DNA from: an uncultured Nitrospinota bacterium
GTDB lineage: Bacteria > Tectomicrobia > Entotheonellia > J063 > CAVPRW01
Direction: 5' to 3'
Assembly (NCBI GenBank): GCA_963707985.1
Contig: CAVPRW010000045.1
Location: forward strand, 192,001 to 256,000
DNA length: 64,000 nt
The translations under genes were made by a program, and so were the position numbers. This document shows, in pieces, positions 62,848 through 64,000 of the stretch (the stretch's first letter is position 1; each line of letters begins with the position of its first letter). A model generated the notes under the pieces. It was not told the DNA's origin. It did no database searches and was given only the letters and a program-made list of their open reading frames with translations.

Positions 62848-62880
62848 CGAGGGGATAGTGCTACCACGGGAGGGAGATGC

Positions 62881-64000
62881 GTGCAGTCATCGGAGCTGGC
62901 GCTTCACAAGTTGCCACCCCAGCACATCGAGGCTGAGCAGTGTGTCTTGGGGGCGATCCTGCTCGAAAACGATGCCTTGCTCAAAGCCTTAGAGCTTCTC
63001 AAGCCGACACATTTCTATCGGGACTCCCACCGTAAGATCTACGAAGCGATCTTAGACTTGTTCGAGCGTAATGAGCCCATCGATCTCTTGACCGTCAGTG
63101 AGTCCCTGCGGAAACGCAGCCAACTCGAAGAAATTGGGGGATCAACCTATGTGGCAACCCTCCTGGAGACCGTCCCGACCGCGGCAAATATCCGTTACCA
63201 CGCGCGCATGGTGCGCGAAAAAGCGATTTTGCGCAGCCTCATCAATGTCTCCACCGAGGTGATCGCTGAGTGCTACGAACATACGGAAGATGTCGAAGAA
63301 CTCCTGGACCGCGCCGAGCGCATGATTTTTGAAATTTCGGAACAGCGCATCAACGCTGCTTTTGCGAATCTGAAGGAGTTGCTGAAGGATAGCATTCGCT
63401 ACACCGAGCAACTCTACGAACGCCACGAGCTCATCACGGGCCTACCATCGGGATTCCGTGACTTTGACCAAATAACCGCCGGCCTACAGCCATCAGATCT
63501 GATCATCGTCGCGGCCAGGCCAGGAATGGGAAAGACTGCTTTCGCGCTCAATATCGCCCGCAATGTAGGGATGCGTATGCGCGACCCGCGCCAAGCGGTA
63601 GCCGTTTTCAGCCTGGAAATGTCCAAAGAGCAGCTAGCGCTGCGCATGCTCTGTGCGGAGGCACGGATTGATTCCAGCCGTCTGCGCCGGGGATATCTGG
63701 ACAAACAGGAGTGGGGACGCCTCGTCAATGCTGCCAACGATCTGTCGGATGTCCCGGTGTTCATTGATGACAGTCCCGGACTCTCAGCACTAGATATCCG
63801 GGCCAAGGCGCGCCGACTTCAGGCGGAACACGGCCTCAGCCTGATTATTGTCGATTACCTACAGCTGCTGCGTGGTCGAGGGCGTGTGGAGAACCGCCAG
63901 CAAGAGATCTCCGAGATCAGTCGGTCACTGAAAGCTCTGGCCAAAGAGCTCAAGGTTCCGGTGGTTGCACTCTCCCAGCTGAGCCGCGCCGTGGAACAAC
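62881..64000 (+). CDS. dnaB: Replicative DNA helicase (3'-partial)
   Basis: GTG start; LPPQHIEAEQCVLGAIL, AARPGMGKTAFA, FSLEMS, IVDYLQL, RQQEISEISRSLKALAKEL and ALSQLSR at the window end. Confidence 0.96.
   Translation, partial: MQSSELALHKLPPQHIEAEQCVLGAILLENDALLKALELLKPTHFYRDSHRKIYEAILDLFERNEPIDLLTVSESLRKRSQLEEIGGSTYVATLLETVPTAANIRYHARMVREKAILRSLINVSTEVIAECYEHTEDVEELLDRAERMIFEISEQRINAAFANLKELLKDSIRYTEQLYERHELITGLPSGFRDFDQITAGLQPSDLIIVAARPGMGKTAFALNIARNVGMRMRDPRQAVAVFSLEMSKEQLALRMLCAEARIDSSRLRRGYLDKQEWGRLVNAANDLSDVPVFIDDSPGLSALDIRAKARRLQAEHGLSLIIVDYLQLLRGRGRVENRQQEISEISRSLKALAKELKVPVVALSQLSRAVEQ

Noticed and set aside
62881..64000. Intein in DnaB
   Set aside because: The visible portion reads continuously through the Walker A and later motifs with no insertion.
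1..64000. CRISPR array, rRNA, prophage or integrase
   Set aside because: No regularly spaced repeats, rRNA-like sequence or phage/integrase genes were seen. The excisionase-like HTH is fused to a receiver and has no integrase partner.

Overview
A GC-rich (~58%) chromosomal window from a diderm (Gram-negative-type) bacterium. It has lolB-like, ppiD and ArnT-like genes, and its IS630/IS701 remnants resemble those I associate with Ca. Tectomicrobia/Entotheonella, which is an inference. 1-10 kb: orphan nuoB-nuoD, folE, a degenerate GT2, an ArnT-like GT, an Ldh_2 dehydrogenase and korB-korA. 10.7-19.8 kb: a minus-strand regulatory module, read 5'->3' as a GlrK/QseG/GlrR-like histidine kinase, lipoprotein and sigma54 activator; TGTC-N10-GACA enhancer sites; a consensus sigma54 promoter; two tandem NusG paralogues; an ExeA-like ATPase with LysM/SPOR-like tail; and an excisionase-HTH/receiver protein with 10-bp-phased upstream repeats. 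This is the best candidate for an undescribed system. 20-27 kb: a glutaredoxin-like protein, a tungsten AOR-family enzyme, a DUF362 remnant, a deaminase, a decaying PemK-type TA pair and IS remnants. 27-64 kb: mostly housekeeping (yebC-ruvCAB-queA, M16 peptidase, a complete arc-dop-pup-prcB-prcA-pafA Pup-proteasome operon, ppiD, mreCD-mrdA-rodA-rng without mreB, ispE, tRNA-Gln, prs, rplY, pth, membrane PPase, rpsF-ssb-rpsR, rplI, dnaB). Single-base frameshifts cluster at ~0.6-6.3 kb and ~34.6-37.2 kb and look like assembly indels. No CRISPR array or rRNA was seen.
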